Assembly (NCBI GenBank): GCA_964487475.1
Contig: CAZAPM010000008.1
Span: forward strand, 57,187-106,702
DNA: 49,516 bases
Source: an uncultured Planctomycetales bacterium
GTDB lineage: Bacteria > Omnitrophota > Gorgyraeia > Gygaellales > Profunditerraquicolaceae
Direction: 5' to 3'
Below are positions 19,941 through 28,831 of the stretch, piece by piece. A program made the translations under genes and the position numbers. The notes beneath the pieces were generated by a model that saw only the letters and a program-made list of their open reading frames with translations, searched no databases and was not told the origin of the DNA. Within the stretch, counting starts at the first letter, position 1. Each line of letters starts with the position of its first letter.

Positions 19941-20255
19941 ATGAAACACGCCGGCTTCAACCCTAAAGCACGCTGGGACCGCCATGTGCCGGCGCAGGAG
20001 GCGCCGGAAGCGCCGGAACCCGAGAGGGAGGAGGTCATCGAAGTCCTGGCCCTCTTCAGGGCAGGGGAGGCGCACCCCCAATCCTTCTCCTGGAACGGCA
20101 AGACCTATCCCATCAGCCGCACCACCTACCACTGGAAGGAGCACCGCGGCAGCGCGCTGATCAGCTACTTCACGGTAAGCACCGGCTGCGACCTCTACCA
20201 GATATCCTTCAACAACTCCACCTTCGGCTGGAGGCTGGAAAAGATACTTTCCTGA
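19941..20255 (+). CDS. Small hypothetical protein (DUF6504/ImuB-C-terminal-like pattern)
   Basis: P.SFSWNGK.Y.I....W.E....YF.V.....YQI.F......WRL; 19 bp after lexA. Confidence 0.6.
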   Translation: MKHAGFNPKARWDRHVPAQEAPEAPEPEREEVIEVLALFRAGEAHPQSFSWNGKTYPISRTTYHWKEHRGSALISYFTVSTGCDLYQISFNNSTFGWRLEKILS

Positions 20256-20289
20256 ACACGAAAAATAAAATGGTGTTATAATATCTTCC

Positions 20290-22011
20290 GTGAACACGCT
20301 CAAAGGAAGGGATATCCTTTGCCTCGCGGCCGCGCCGTGGGACCCCTCCCGGCAGGGAATGTCCGAGATATTGACCGCGCTCGCCGGCCAGGGGAACAGG
20401 ATCCTGGTCATAGAACCTGCGGCAAAAGGGATATTCGGCCGGGGATTCCGCAAAGTGCGGGAGAACCTGTACGTGTACACTCCGGGGCGCGGTGCCCTGC
20501 GTGTACTGCCGCACCTGCGCGCCTGGATGCAGGCCACGGGATTCCACAACCCCGTGATCTGGAGCTTCCTCTACGAAGGCATCGCTCCGAGGATCGCCGC
20601 GCGCATCGAGCACTCCGCGCTGATCTTCCACTGCCTTACCGACTTCAAGAAACCGCCCCGCAACAATACCTTCATCCGTGCCTGCACCCTGGTGTTCGCG
20701 CAAAGCGACGAACTCAGGGCAAAGTGCGCCGTGCTCAATCCCCGCAGCTATACCGTGCCTTTCGGCGTCAGCCCGCTGTTCTTCGCCAAAGAGATCCGCC
20801 GGCCTCACGCGATGGAGCACGTGAAAAAACCCGTGATCGGCTACACCGGCCCCCTGGACGAGAGCCTCAACCTGCTGCTCATACGCCAGATCTCCCACAT
20901 ACATCCGGAGTGGTCCCTGGTGCTCGCAGGCCCGGCGTACGCCGACCTCGGCAGGATCAAGACCCTGCCGAACATCCATATCATCAACTGTCACGAACTG
21001 CACCATCTCCCCGGATACGTCCGGGCCTTTGACGCCGGCATGATCCCCTGCGCCGGGAGGTCCCCGGGGCCGGAACTCTCCACGCTGATCGGCCAGTACC
21101 ACGCCATGGGCATACCGGTGGTATCCACGCGGATACCCGCGGCGGTTTCCTTCAACAAGGCCAGCGGCGAACTCGTGCGCATCGCCGAAACACCCGCGCA
21201 GTTCATCCAGGGGATAGAGGAAGCGCTGACAAAAGATCTCCCCGAATTGAAGGAAAAACGCATACACTGCGCCAGATCCCACGAATGGCCGGAGAGGATC
21301 GATGAGATGTCGCGGCTGATAGAAACGGAACTGGAGAAAGCTCCGCGCACGCCTGCAGACTGGCAGAAAACTTTACGGGCCCGCCGGATCGCCTTCTGGC
21401 TCAACGCCTGCAGGCCCGCGGCTGCCGCAGCCGTACTCTACCTGATCCTCTGCCACACCCCGCTGGTCTGGGCTTTGGCATCCTTCCTCAAAGTCTCCCA
21501 GCCTCTGGAGAAAGCGGATGCCGCAGCGGTGCTGATGGAGGAGGGAGGGCCGGAGGTCTCCTACGAGGAACTGGTGCCGTATGCGGCGGCGTTGTACAAG
21601 AACGGCTACGCTCCCCGGATCATCTTCTCCTCAACCGGGACAAAGATATTCACCGAAGCCATGCGCATGCGCGATCTGGCGCTTTCCCTGGGCGTCCCGC
21701 AGGAAGCCATCATCCTGGAATCGAAAGCCCGCACCATGCCGGATAAAGCCGCGGTGCTGGCAGGGATGGGCTCCCAGCACTCCTGGAGAAAAATACTCCT
21801 GGTGACCTCTCCGTACAGCACGCGCCGGGCGCAGCGCGCGGTCGCGAAGGCAGCGCCGGGATTGGCCGTACGGTGCGCGCCGCCACCTCACACCCTGTAC
21901 TACGAAAGGCCGTCCCCGGAAAATATCCTGGCCCGGCAGGTGAATCTGCGCCAGCTGACCGCCCTGGTGTGGGAAGCGTTCGCCTTCGCCGCCGAAATGA
22001 GGCCGCGATGA
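20290..22011 (+). CDS. Glycosyltransferase (GT4/TuaH-like) fused to a YdcF/DUF218 domain
   Basis: KPVIGYTG, HPEWSLVL.G, G.PVVST; after a TM segment, LGVP.EAIILE and ILLVTSPY..RRA. Confidence 0.75.
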   Translation: MNTLKGRDILCLAAAPWDPSRQGMSEILTALAGQGNRILVIEPAAKGIFGRGFRKVRENLYVYTPGRGALRVLPHLRAWMQATGFHNPVIWSFLYEGIAPRIAARIEHSALIFHCLTDFKKPPRNNTFIRACTLVFAQSDELRAKCAVLNPRSYTVPFGVSPLFFAKEIRRPHAMEHVKKPVIGYTGPLDESLNLLLIRQISHIHPEWSLVLAGPAYADLGRIKTLPNIHIINCHELHHLPGYVRAFDAGMIPCAGRSPGPELSTLIGQYHAMGIPVVSTRIPAAVSFNKASGELVRIAETPAQFIQGIEEALTKDLPELKEKRIHCARSHEWPERIDEMSRLIETELEKAPRTPADWQKTLRARRIAFWLNACRPAAAAAVLYLILCHTPLVWALASFLKVSQPLEKADAAAVLMEEGGPEVSYEELVPYAAALYKNGYAPRIIFSSTGTKIFTEAMRMRDLALSLGVPQEAIILESKARTMPDKAAVLAGMGSQHSWRKILLVTSPYSTRRAQRAVAKAAPGLAVRCAPPPHTLYYERPSPENILARQVNLRQLTALVWEAFAFAAEMRPR

Positions 22012-23099
22012 CCCTTTCGCGGCCGTCCGTTTCTTTCCTGCCGGTGACAGCGGTGCTGGAAATGACCTACCGGTGCAACCATGCATGCCTGTTCTGTTCC
22101 TGTCCCTGGATGGGGAGCGGCCGTACCGCAACGCCTCCGGAACTCTCCACGCGGGAATGGAAAGAGGTCCTCGATCTGTTGTCGCGGCACGGAGTGCACA
22201 ATATCTGTTTCACCGGAGGAGAAGCGCTGCTGCGGCCGGACTTAGAAGAGCTTATCGCCTACGCTTCCCGGCTTAAGATAACGATGCTCAAGGAAAAGAA
22301 CGGGCATCTGACGGAAGAGATATCCCCGCCCAAGCTATACCTGCTCTCCAACGGCAGGCTGGTGAACGGTAAAGTGCTCGATATGTGCCAGCGACACGGC
22401 ATCCAGCTGAGCATCAGCATGCCGGGGCTGCGCACATACAAGGAACTGACCGCGGGAGGGGACGTCCGGAAGGTAGTGCGGGCCTTCCAAGGGGCGAAAG
22501 AACGCGGCCTGAAGACCGTCGTAGGTATCACCGTGACCAAAAAGAACCTTTCCGAGCTCTATGAAACCATCGCCGCCGCATTCCTGGCCGGGGCGACCCA
22601 GCTGCTTCTGAACAGATTCCTGGAAGGGGGGAGGGGCCGTTCCTTCGCCCGGGAGCTTACCCTGGACAGGGAAGAGCTCATCGCCATGCTGGATACGGCA
22701 GAACTTGCCCTGCATCACGCGGGAAGATACGGATCAGTGGGTACGGAACTGCCGCTTTGCCTCTTCGATCCCGCCAGGTACACACGGCTGGAAGTCTCTA
22801 CGGGATGCTCCGCAGCCAAGGGATTTTTCGTGATCGGTCCTTCGGGAAGGATCCGCGGCTGCAACCACTCGCCCGTCGAGCTGGCGCACTATGCGCAGAT
22901 CGACACTCTGAAAAAAGATCCTTACTGGATGCGGCTGACGCAAAACGATTACCTGCCCGGCATGTGCTCCGGGTGCCATGACGCCGGCCGCTGCGCCGGA
23001 GGATGCCGGGAGGCGGCCCAGATCATCAGCGGCGCGCTGGATGCGCCGGACGCGCTGTTCACCACGCCCGAATTCGCGGGCAACGGAGGAAGACCATGA
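22008..23099 (+). CDS. Radical SAM/SPASM domain protein
   Basis: CNHACLFC, FTGGEALLR, SPASM cysteines GCSAA...GC...CSGC...CAGGC. Confidence 0.9.
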   Translation: MTLSRPSVSFLPVTAVLEMTYRCNHACLFCSCPWMGSGRTATPPELSTREWKEVLDLLSRHGVHNICFTGGEALLRPDLEELIAYASRLKITMLKEKNGHLTEEISPPKLYLLSNGRLVNGKVLDMCQRHGIQLSISMPGLRTYKELTAGGDVRKVVRAFQGAKERGLKTVVGITVTKKNLSELYETIAAAFLAGATQLLLNRFLEGGRGRSFARELTLDREELIAMLDTAELALHHAGRYGSVGTELPLCLFDPARYTRLEVSTGCSAAKGFFVIGPSGRIRGCNHSPVELAHYAQIDTLKKDPYWMRLTQNDYLPGMCSGCHDAGRCAGGCREAAQIISGALDAPDALFTTPEFAGNGGRP

Positions 23100-23680
23100 A
23101 TCCATTCCCTCTCATCGTACTGGCAGCGATCATATTCCTTTTCGGAGCATTCGCCTGGTCATCACGGGCGCAGGCCCAATCCCGGGACGATATCCGCAAT
23201 GCGCTGAAAAAGATCGAGACCACGGCCCCGCCCGAAGCGAAAATGGGGGCCATGTGCTACAAGACGGTGATGCCTCCCGAATACCAGGAATACGTCTGCC
23301 CGCGGGACGGGGAAAAAACCACCTTTTCCCGCGAATCCGCGGCGTACGCGCAGGTGAATTCGCTGGCGGAAACCAAACGGCTGATAGCCATGCTTGTTCC
23401 CCTGGCAAAGGACGTGCGTTTTTCCCTGGATGAACGGGGACTGTGCGCCGCGTGCACTCCCGGCTTGGACGACGGCCAGCGCAGCGCCTCCTTGATCGTC
23501 CGCTACCCTGACGGCCGTACGGTCTCCACTGCGAAAGTCACCCCGGACGATATCCGTTATCTGATCGGATTTTTCAAGGACGGGCTCACCTATGAAAGCA
23601 ACAACGAAGGCATCTACCCCCTGAAAGATAAAGAACCGCGCCTGAAGGAACTGCTGGGGGAAAAGGAGAGATCGTTATGA
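23096..23680 (+). CDS. Exported hypothetical protein with MGAMCY motif (paralog 1)
   Basis: Signal-peptide-like N-terminus ending AWSSRAQA; MGAMCY, CPRDGEKT, LCAAC; ATGA-coupled to the rSAM gene. Confidence 0.75.
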   Translation: MNPFPLIVLAAIIFLFGAFAWSSRAQAQSRDDIRNALKKIETTAPPEAKMGAMCYKTVMPPEYQEYVCPRDGEKTTFSRESAAYAQVNSLAETKRLIAMLVPLAKDVRFSLDERGLCAACTPGLDDGQRSASLIVRYPDGRTVSTAKVTPDDIRYLIGFFKDGLTYESNNEGIYPLKDKEPRLKELLGEKERSL

Positions 23681-24240
23681 CGCTCCTGCAGGTCATCTGC
23701 GCACTTGCTGCGGTATGCGCCGTCTTTGCCTGGTCCTCCCGGGCACAGGCGCAATCCCGGGAGGATATCCGCAGGAACCTCGACCGGATACGCGCCAGCG
23801 AAACGCCGGCCCCTACGATGGGAGCGATGTGTTATGAGATAGCGCTGCCTGCCGAATACCAGGAGTTCATCTGCCCGCGTGACGGTGAAAAAACCGCGTA
23901 TGCCCAGGGCTCCCGTGCCTACTGGCAGGTCAATTCCCTTCAGGAAATAAAGAACCTTCTCTCGGAATTGCGGCCCCTGGCCAAGGACCTTTCTTTCACC
24001 CTGGACGAACGGGCACTCTGCGCCAAATGCACGCCCGGTCTGGCGGACCAGGAAAGGCAGGCCGCGCTTATCATCCGATACGCGGAAGGAAGGGAGGTCA
24101 GGACAAGCAACATCACTGCCGAGGATATCCGTTACCTGATCGGGTTCTTCAAAGGCGCCCTGACCTATACCACTGACAATGACGGCCAGACGCCCCTTAA
24201 AGAGATAGAACCGCGGCTCAAGGAAATTCTAGGGGAATAG
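23677..24240 (+). CDS. Exported hypothetical protein with MGAMCY motif (paralog 2)
   Basis: Co-linear with paralog 1 along its whole length; ATGA-coupled. Confidence 0.75.
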   Translation: MTLLQVICALAAVCAVFAWSSRAQAQSREDIRRNLDRIRASETPAPTMGAMCYEIALPAEYQEFICPRDGEKTAYAQGSRAYWQVNSLQEIKNLLSELRPLAKDLSFTLDERALCAKCTPGLADQERQAALIIRYAEGREVRTSNITAEDIRYLIGFFKGALTYTTDNDGQTPLKEIEPRLKEILGE

Positions 24241-24289
24241 AACACGTCCCCCCTGCCGTAAAAACGCAAAAAAACCTCCTCTAAACGCC

Positions 24290-24329
24290 AAAAAACCTCC
24301 TCCCTGAGACATTTTCAACAGGGGGGAGG
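24290..24329 (-). terminator. Intrinsic terminator for the SGNH gene
   Basis: Hairpin CCTCCTCCCTG...CAGGGGGGAGG preceded on + by an A-run (U-tract on -), about 20 bp past the stop. Confidence 0.5.
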
Positions 24330-24349
24330 CATACGAAAAAAGAGCCGGA

Positions 24350-25579
24350 TTACTTTCCGCTTGACGTACCACACAAATGTGTGGTAATAATATATCCGGA
24401 GAGCGACTCGGCCAAGACCCGGTTTCCCTTTTCGGTAAGGTGATTCCGGAAATACAACTCGCTGCGGGAGTGCGCCAGGACCGGCTCCAGGATACTTAAA
24501 AAAGGTATGCCTTCCAAAGCGCATAGCTCACCCAATCGGCTGCTGACTTTCCCGGGCGCATAAGGGCCGAACAATGAAGGATGCCGGACGCGCATTTTTT
24601 CCCATACCGGCTTTAACACGTATTCATCAGGGACATAGACCACCAGCAGTTTTCCTCCGGCACGGGCAGTCTCGTCACGCAGCTCTTTGAGCAATGCGCC
24701 GGTCGCGCGCCAGGCAGATGCCATATCTTCATCCTCATGTGCGCGGTATACCGTAAGCCAGGAAAAATACGGCACGCCCTGCGGGTCAAAAAAATGATCT
24801 GTGGGGGATACGCGAGGCTTGATCAACCCGATCCTTATGGCCGCGGCATGGAGCGGATGATAATGCTGCAGCACCTGGCGCACGGACATATAAAGATAGG
24901 AATGATGCCGCAACCACTCCGCTGCCCGGACCTTGGCCGATGCGGCCCTGTCCGCGGGGACCGGAAGCATTTCCGGAGGTATCGATTGCTGCAACCGTCC
25001 GTCCGCATCCAGGGGAAACACCGGTTTCGGGGTATCGAAAAATATCTTCCTGGTGTTATACCAGATATCGTTATCCGTCACCATCAGCACCGTCAGGTCC
25101 GGGGAATACCGTTTTCCCTCGGTACGGAAATAAATAAGCTCCTGGTCGGTGCTGTATCCGCGCACCGCCGCATTGATCACTTCTACGGGAACGGGAGAGC
25201 TTCCGGAGAGATCCCGGCGCAGGAGCTCCGAAAATATATCCTCGTCGGAAACGTGCCATCCTTCGGCCAGGGAATCTCCCAGTACCAGTATCCGGCAGGA
25301 AGGCTGCTGCCGCTCGTAGGGATACACGGCGCCGCGCATTCCCCGGGCATTGAACCGGTTATCGACCACCCGGCCCGAAGGCTGCCAGACCCTGATCTCC
25401 CGGGTGAAGGGAGCGATGCGCCAGCCCAGCACGGGATCGAAAGAAGGCAGCGCCTCGAGCGGGATGTCCTGCCGCAGGGTACGCGCAAAAAGGATACGCA
25501 GCGAGACCTCGGAAAGCGCCAGGAACAGCAGCGCACAGGAGAAAAGATACACGGCTATGAGTACCGGACGTTTTTTCAT
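24350..25579 (-). CDS. SGNH/GDSL hydrolase family membrane-anchored protein
   Basis: ILVLGDS.AEG, VINAAV.GYSTDQE, ND, NH..EKG. Confidence 0.85.
   Translation of the reverse strand: MKKRPVLIAVYLFSCALLFLALSEVSLRILFARTLRQDIPLEALPSFDPVLGWRIAPFTREIRVWQPSGRVVDNRFNARGMRGAVYPYERQQPSCRILVLGDSLAEGWHVSDEDIFSELLRRDLSGSSPVPVEVINAAVRGYSTDQELIYFRTEGKRYSPDLTVLMVTDNDIWYNTRKIFFDTPKPVFPLDADGRLQQSIPPEMLPVPADRAASAKVRAAEWLRHHSYLYMSVRQVLQHYHPLHAAAIRIGLIKPRVSPTDHFFDPQGVPYFSWLTVYRAHEDEDMASAWRATGALLKELRDETARAGGKLLVVYVPDEYVLKPVWEKMRVRHPSLFGPYAPGKVSSRLGELCALEGIPFLSILEPVLAHSRSELYFRNHLTEKGNRVLAESLSGYIITTHLCGTSSGK
24361..24390 (+). promoter_or_regulatory. Second candidate LexA operator/promoter, facing dinB
   Basis: TTGACG directly followed by TACCACACAAATGTGTGGTA (19/20 identical to the lexA box, same register relative to the -35). 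Confidence 0.72.
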
Positions 25580-25603
25580 TACCTAGGATTATAGCATATT
25601 CCC

Positions 25604-26752
25604 ATGATCATGCATATCGACATGGATGCGTTCTTCGCCTCCATAGAACAGGCCATCAACCCCGGTCTGAAAGGCAAACCGCTCATCGTGGGATCCCGCG
25701 AAGACAAGATGCGCACGATCGTCTGCGCCTCGAGCTACGAAGCCAAAGCCTTCGGGATCACCGCGGGGATGTCCACCATCGAAGCTTTAACCCGCTGCCC
25801 GCATGCGGCGTTCGTGCCGGCAGACCAGGGCAAGTACATCTGGACCTCGGAAGAGATATACGGGATGCTTAAAAAATACGGCCTGCCCATGAACTACGCC
25901 TCGATCGATGAGTTCCAGCTGGACCTGGGGGACATGGATGATCCTACGGCGCTGGCCCGGGAGATCCAGACAGAAATCTACAGCCGTTTTAACATCACCG
26001 CATCCGCGGGCATCGCCAAGAACTGGCTGCTGGCAAAACTCGCCTCGAAACTCAACAAACCCAACGGCATCGCCCTGATCACCGATCAGAACATGGAACG
26101 CGTCTTTGCGAAAGTCCCGGCAAAAAAGATATGCGGGGTCGGGCCGCGCACCGCGGAAATACTGGAAACGCAGGGGGTGCGCACCTGCCTGGACCTGTAC
26201 AGAAAGGACGCGCATTTCCTTAAAGAACACCTGGGCCAGGCCGGGATAGAGCTATACCTTGGGATGCGTACGGAGGAGCGTTTTGAAGCCGCGGAAAGCC
26301 CGGAGAAGCCTAAATCAGTGGGCCATTCATATACCTTGCCCAGGGCCACGCAAAACATGGTATTTATCAAGGCTTGGGTGCTGCTCTTGTCCGACATGGT
26401 CGGCCAGCGGCTGCGCCAGAAGGGCCTGGTATCGAAAAGCGTGCACGTATGGCTCAACGGTCCGGAGATCGGAAGCTTTTCCGCGCAGATGAGCTTTACG
26501 CAGGCCACCAATGATCATTACGAGATCTACACCAGGGCGCTCAAGATCATGGACCGGAAGGCCCCTAAAACCCCAAAAATAAGGGCCCTGGGAGTCACAT
26601 GCGCAAGCCTTGAGGAGATCCGGTACCAGCCGCTCCTGGAGGAGGAAAAACGCAGGGACACGGTCATCAAGGCCATAGACCGGATCAACGGGAAGTACGG
26701 GGACAATACCATATTTCCGGCTGCGGTGGTCATAGCAAAGAAGATGGATTGA
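25604..26752 (+). CDS. dinB: DNA polymerase IV (Y family)
   Basis: HIDMDAFFASIE, SYEAKAFG, SIDE, LAKLAS..KPNG. Confidence 0.93.
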   Translation: MIMHIDMDAFFASIEQAINPGLKGKPLIVGSREDKMRTIVCASSYEAKAFGITAGMSTIEALTRCPHAAFVPADQGKYIWTSEEIYGMLKKYGLPMNYASIDEFQLDLGDMDDPTALAREIQTEIYSRFNITASAGIAKNWLLAKLASKLNKPNGIALITDQNMERVFAKVPAKKICGVGPRTAEILETQGVRTCLDLYRKDAHFLKEHLGQAGIELYLGMRTEERFEAAESPEKPKSVGHSYTLPRATQNMVFIKAWVLLLSDMVGQRLRQKGLVSKSVHVWLNGPEIGSFSAQMSFTQATNDHYEIYTRALKIMDRKAPKTPKIRALGVTCASLEEIRYQPLLEEEKRRDTVIKAIDRINGKYGDNTIFPAAVVIAKKMD

Positions 26753-26915
26753 GAGGATAAAATGGATCTAATCGCGCAAAGTAATTCCGACGGTAAGGAT
26801 AAGAAAAAGCGAGTAAGTTCGAGTAAAACAGAGGGGGCAAAATTACGGCTAATAGTATTATTCACGCAAATGCATATCAGTCAATCAAATGCGCCACTCC
26901 CGCTCCATAGCCTTA

Positions 26916-26943
26916 AGTTAACATAAGATATATTATAGGAAGT
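26916..26943 (-). other. dif site (XerC/XerD chromosome dimer resolution)
   Basis: Reverse strand reads ACTTCCTATAA-TATATC-TTATGTTAACT: 11-6-11 architecture close to B. subtilis ACTTCCTAGAA-TATATA-TTATGTAAACT; intergenic, at the gene-orientation switch. Confidence 0.85.
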
Positions 26944-26987
26944 TTAGATATATAAGAAATGGGCCTTAAAAGATGTTTATAAGGCCC

Positions 26988-27323
26988 TTATTCCTTGACG
27001 CTGGGAGCCGCTTTTTCCTCTCTATGGCTGATCACATAGGTGCCGCCCTGGATCTTGATGATCTTGCCTTCGACGATTGCCTCTGCAACTATTTTCCGGG
27101 CGCGCTTAAGCACCCTGCTGAAAGTCTGCTGGGAAATATGCATTGAGGAGGCCGCCTGCTTTTGCCCGAATCCGAGGAAATCAGACAGGTGGATGGCCTC
27201 GAACTCATCCACCCCGAGGTTCACCTCATCCGGCCTTCCGGGCCTTCCGCGGGGGCTGAATTGGCTGATCCGCGGATCATGATGCACATACCTATACTTC
27301 CTGGGTCTTCCCCGGTTGTTCAT
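26988..27323 (-). CDS. DUF134 family HTH DNA-binding protein
   Basis: GRPRK.R, DEFEAI.L.D..G..Q..AA..M.ISQQTF.R.L..ARK..AEAIVEGK.I.I.GG. Confidence 0.88.
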   Translation of the reverse strand: MNNRGRPRKYRYVHHDPRISQFSPRGRPGRPDEVNLGVDEFEAIHLSDFLGFGQKQAASSMHISQQTFSRVLKRARKIVAEAIVEGKIIKIQGGTYVISHREEKAAPSVKE

Positions 27324-27511
27324 AATTGCCTCTCCCGTTACCTGGGCTTACCTGCACACATGATACCCTTACTTACTTTTAACGCCCCCTTTAAAAAGAG
27401 TACATACTCAATATTCACCCTCCATTGTAAAGCCTCTCCGTCGGAGAGTCAAGACAAAAAATTGAGACTTTTTTAACTCTTTTATACCTCTTTTATGATA
27501 TACTTTCTGGT

Positions 27512-28831
27512 ATGGAATTAAGGCAAAGAACAGAACTTCGGCGGCTGCTTATACCCGAATTGAAGCAGTCTATGGCGGTGCTGACGCTGCCGGTACTGGA
27601 ATTGCGCTCCCTGATCCAGGAGGAGCTCCTTACCAATCCCACCATCGAGGAAGTCCCCCTGGAAGAGCTTGGCGGGATCATTTCGGCGTCCCGTACCGGA
27701 CCGGTGGCAGACGGCTCCTTTGCCCAGGACGAAGATGAGCCGGGATTCGACGTAGCTGCCCCCTCCTCGTCCCTGTACGACATCCTGCTGACACAGTTAA
27801 GCATCTTTACCGAGAATGACGCGGATTTTTCGATCGGTTTGGAGCTCTTAAGCTGCATCGATGAGAACGGATATTTTTCCGGGACGCTCGAAGCAGTGGC
27901 GCAGAAGTGCGACTGCACGCTGGCGGATGCCCGCCGGATACTGACACTGGTGCAGGGATTCGATCCTCCGGGGGTGGGCGCGACGACCACTGCGGAGTGC
28001 CTGCTTTTACAGCTGGAGCATCAAAAGGAAGATTCCCCGCATCTGGTCACTTTGATACGGCAGCATCTGGATGATATCGCCAAAAAGAACTACACCCGGA
28101 TCACCAAGTCGCTGGGGATCACCCAGGAGGAGCTCGATCCGCTGTTGAAAAAGGTCCTGCGCCTCGACCCCAAACCCGGCAGGAAATATTCCAACACCGC
28201 GACCCAGCATGTGGTACCCGATGTGCGTATCGATGAAAAAGGCGATGAATTCTGCATTACCATTGACCGGGAGACCCTTCCCGAACTGCGGATAAGCGCC
28301 ACGTACCGCCGCCTGCTCAAGAACGCCTCTACGGACGAGGCCACCAAGGCCTTTATCCGGGAGAAGATCAGGAGCGGCCTGGAGCTGTTGCGCGCGGTTT
28401 CACGGCGCAAGCAGACCTTGCGGCAGGTGGTCGAAGCGATCGCGCAGGAGCAGCGGGAAGCGGTACTGGAGGGTCCGGCGCACTTAAAACCCATGACCTT
28501 CAAGGATATCGCGGCCAAGATCGGCGTGCACGAGACCACGGTGTGCCGGGCGGTCAACAGCAAGTATGTGGATACGCCCTGGGGCATTGTCGCGCTGAAG
28601 GATTTCTTTCCCAGCAGCGTCAAGAACGGGAACGGCGAAGCGCACTCCTCGAGCCGGGTAAAGATGCTGATCAAGGAACTGATAGACGGGGAAGAAAAAA
28701 CCAAGCCCTTGAGCGATCAGGAGATCGTAGAGAAGCTGAAAAGCTCCGGGATCGAGGTATCCCGCAGGACGGTCACCAAGTACCGGGAAGAATCCAACCT
28801 CCCCTCCTCCATCTACCGCAAACAGCGTTAG
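27512..28831 (+). CDS. rpoN: RNA polymerase sigma-54 factor
   Basis: DP.GVGA...ECL.LQ, HTH IGVHETTV.RAV..KY, RpoN box SRRTVTKYRE. Confidence 0.95.
   Translation: MELRQRTELRRLLIPELKQSMAVLTLPVLELRSLIQEELLTNPTIEEVPLEELGGIISASRTGPVADGSFAQDEDEPGFDVAAPSSSLYDILLTQLSIFTENDADFSIGLELLSCIDENGYFSGTLEAVAQKCDCTLADARRILTLVQGFDPPGVGATTTAECLLLQLEHQKEDSPHLVTLIRQHLDDIAKKNYTRITKSLGITQEELDPLLKKVLRLDPKPGRKYSNTATQHVVPDVRIDEKGDEFCITIDRETLPELRISATYRRLLKNASTDEATKAFIREKIRSGLELLRAVSRRKQTLRQVVEAIAQEQREAVLEGPAHLKPMTFKDIAAKIGVHETTVCRAVNSKYVDTPWGIVALKDFFPSSVKNGNGEAHSSSRVKMLIKELIDGEEKTKPLSDQEIVEKLKSSGIEVSRRTVTKYREESNLPSSIYRKQR

Noticed and set aside
24259..24302. Short imperfect tandem duplication AAACGC-AAAAAACCTCCTC
   Set aside because: Only two low-complexity copies beside a terminator; no functional evidence.
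26880..26896. Possible sigma-54 promoter (TGGCGC on the minus strand)
   Set aside because: No GC at the required -12 position.
26762..26926. 54-codon ORF after dinB running into dif
   Set aside because: Atypical AT-rich codon usage, no motif, and it overlaps the dif site; probably non-coding.
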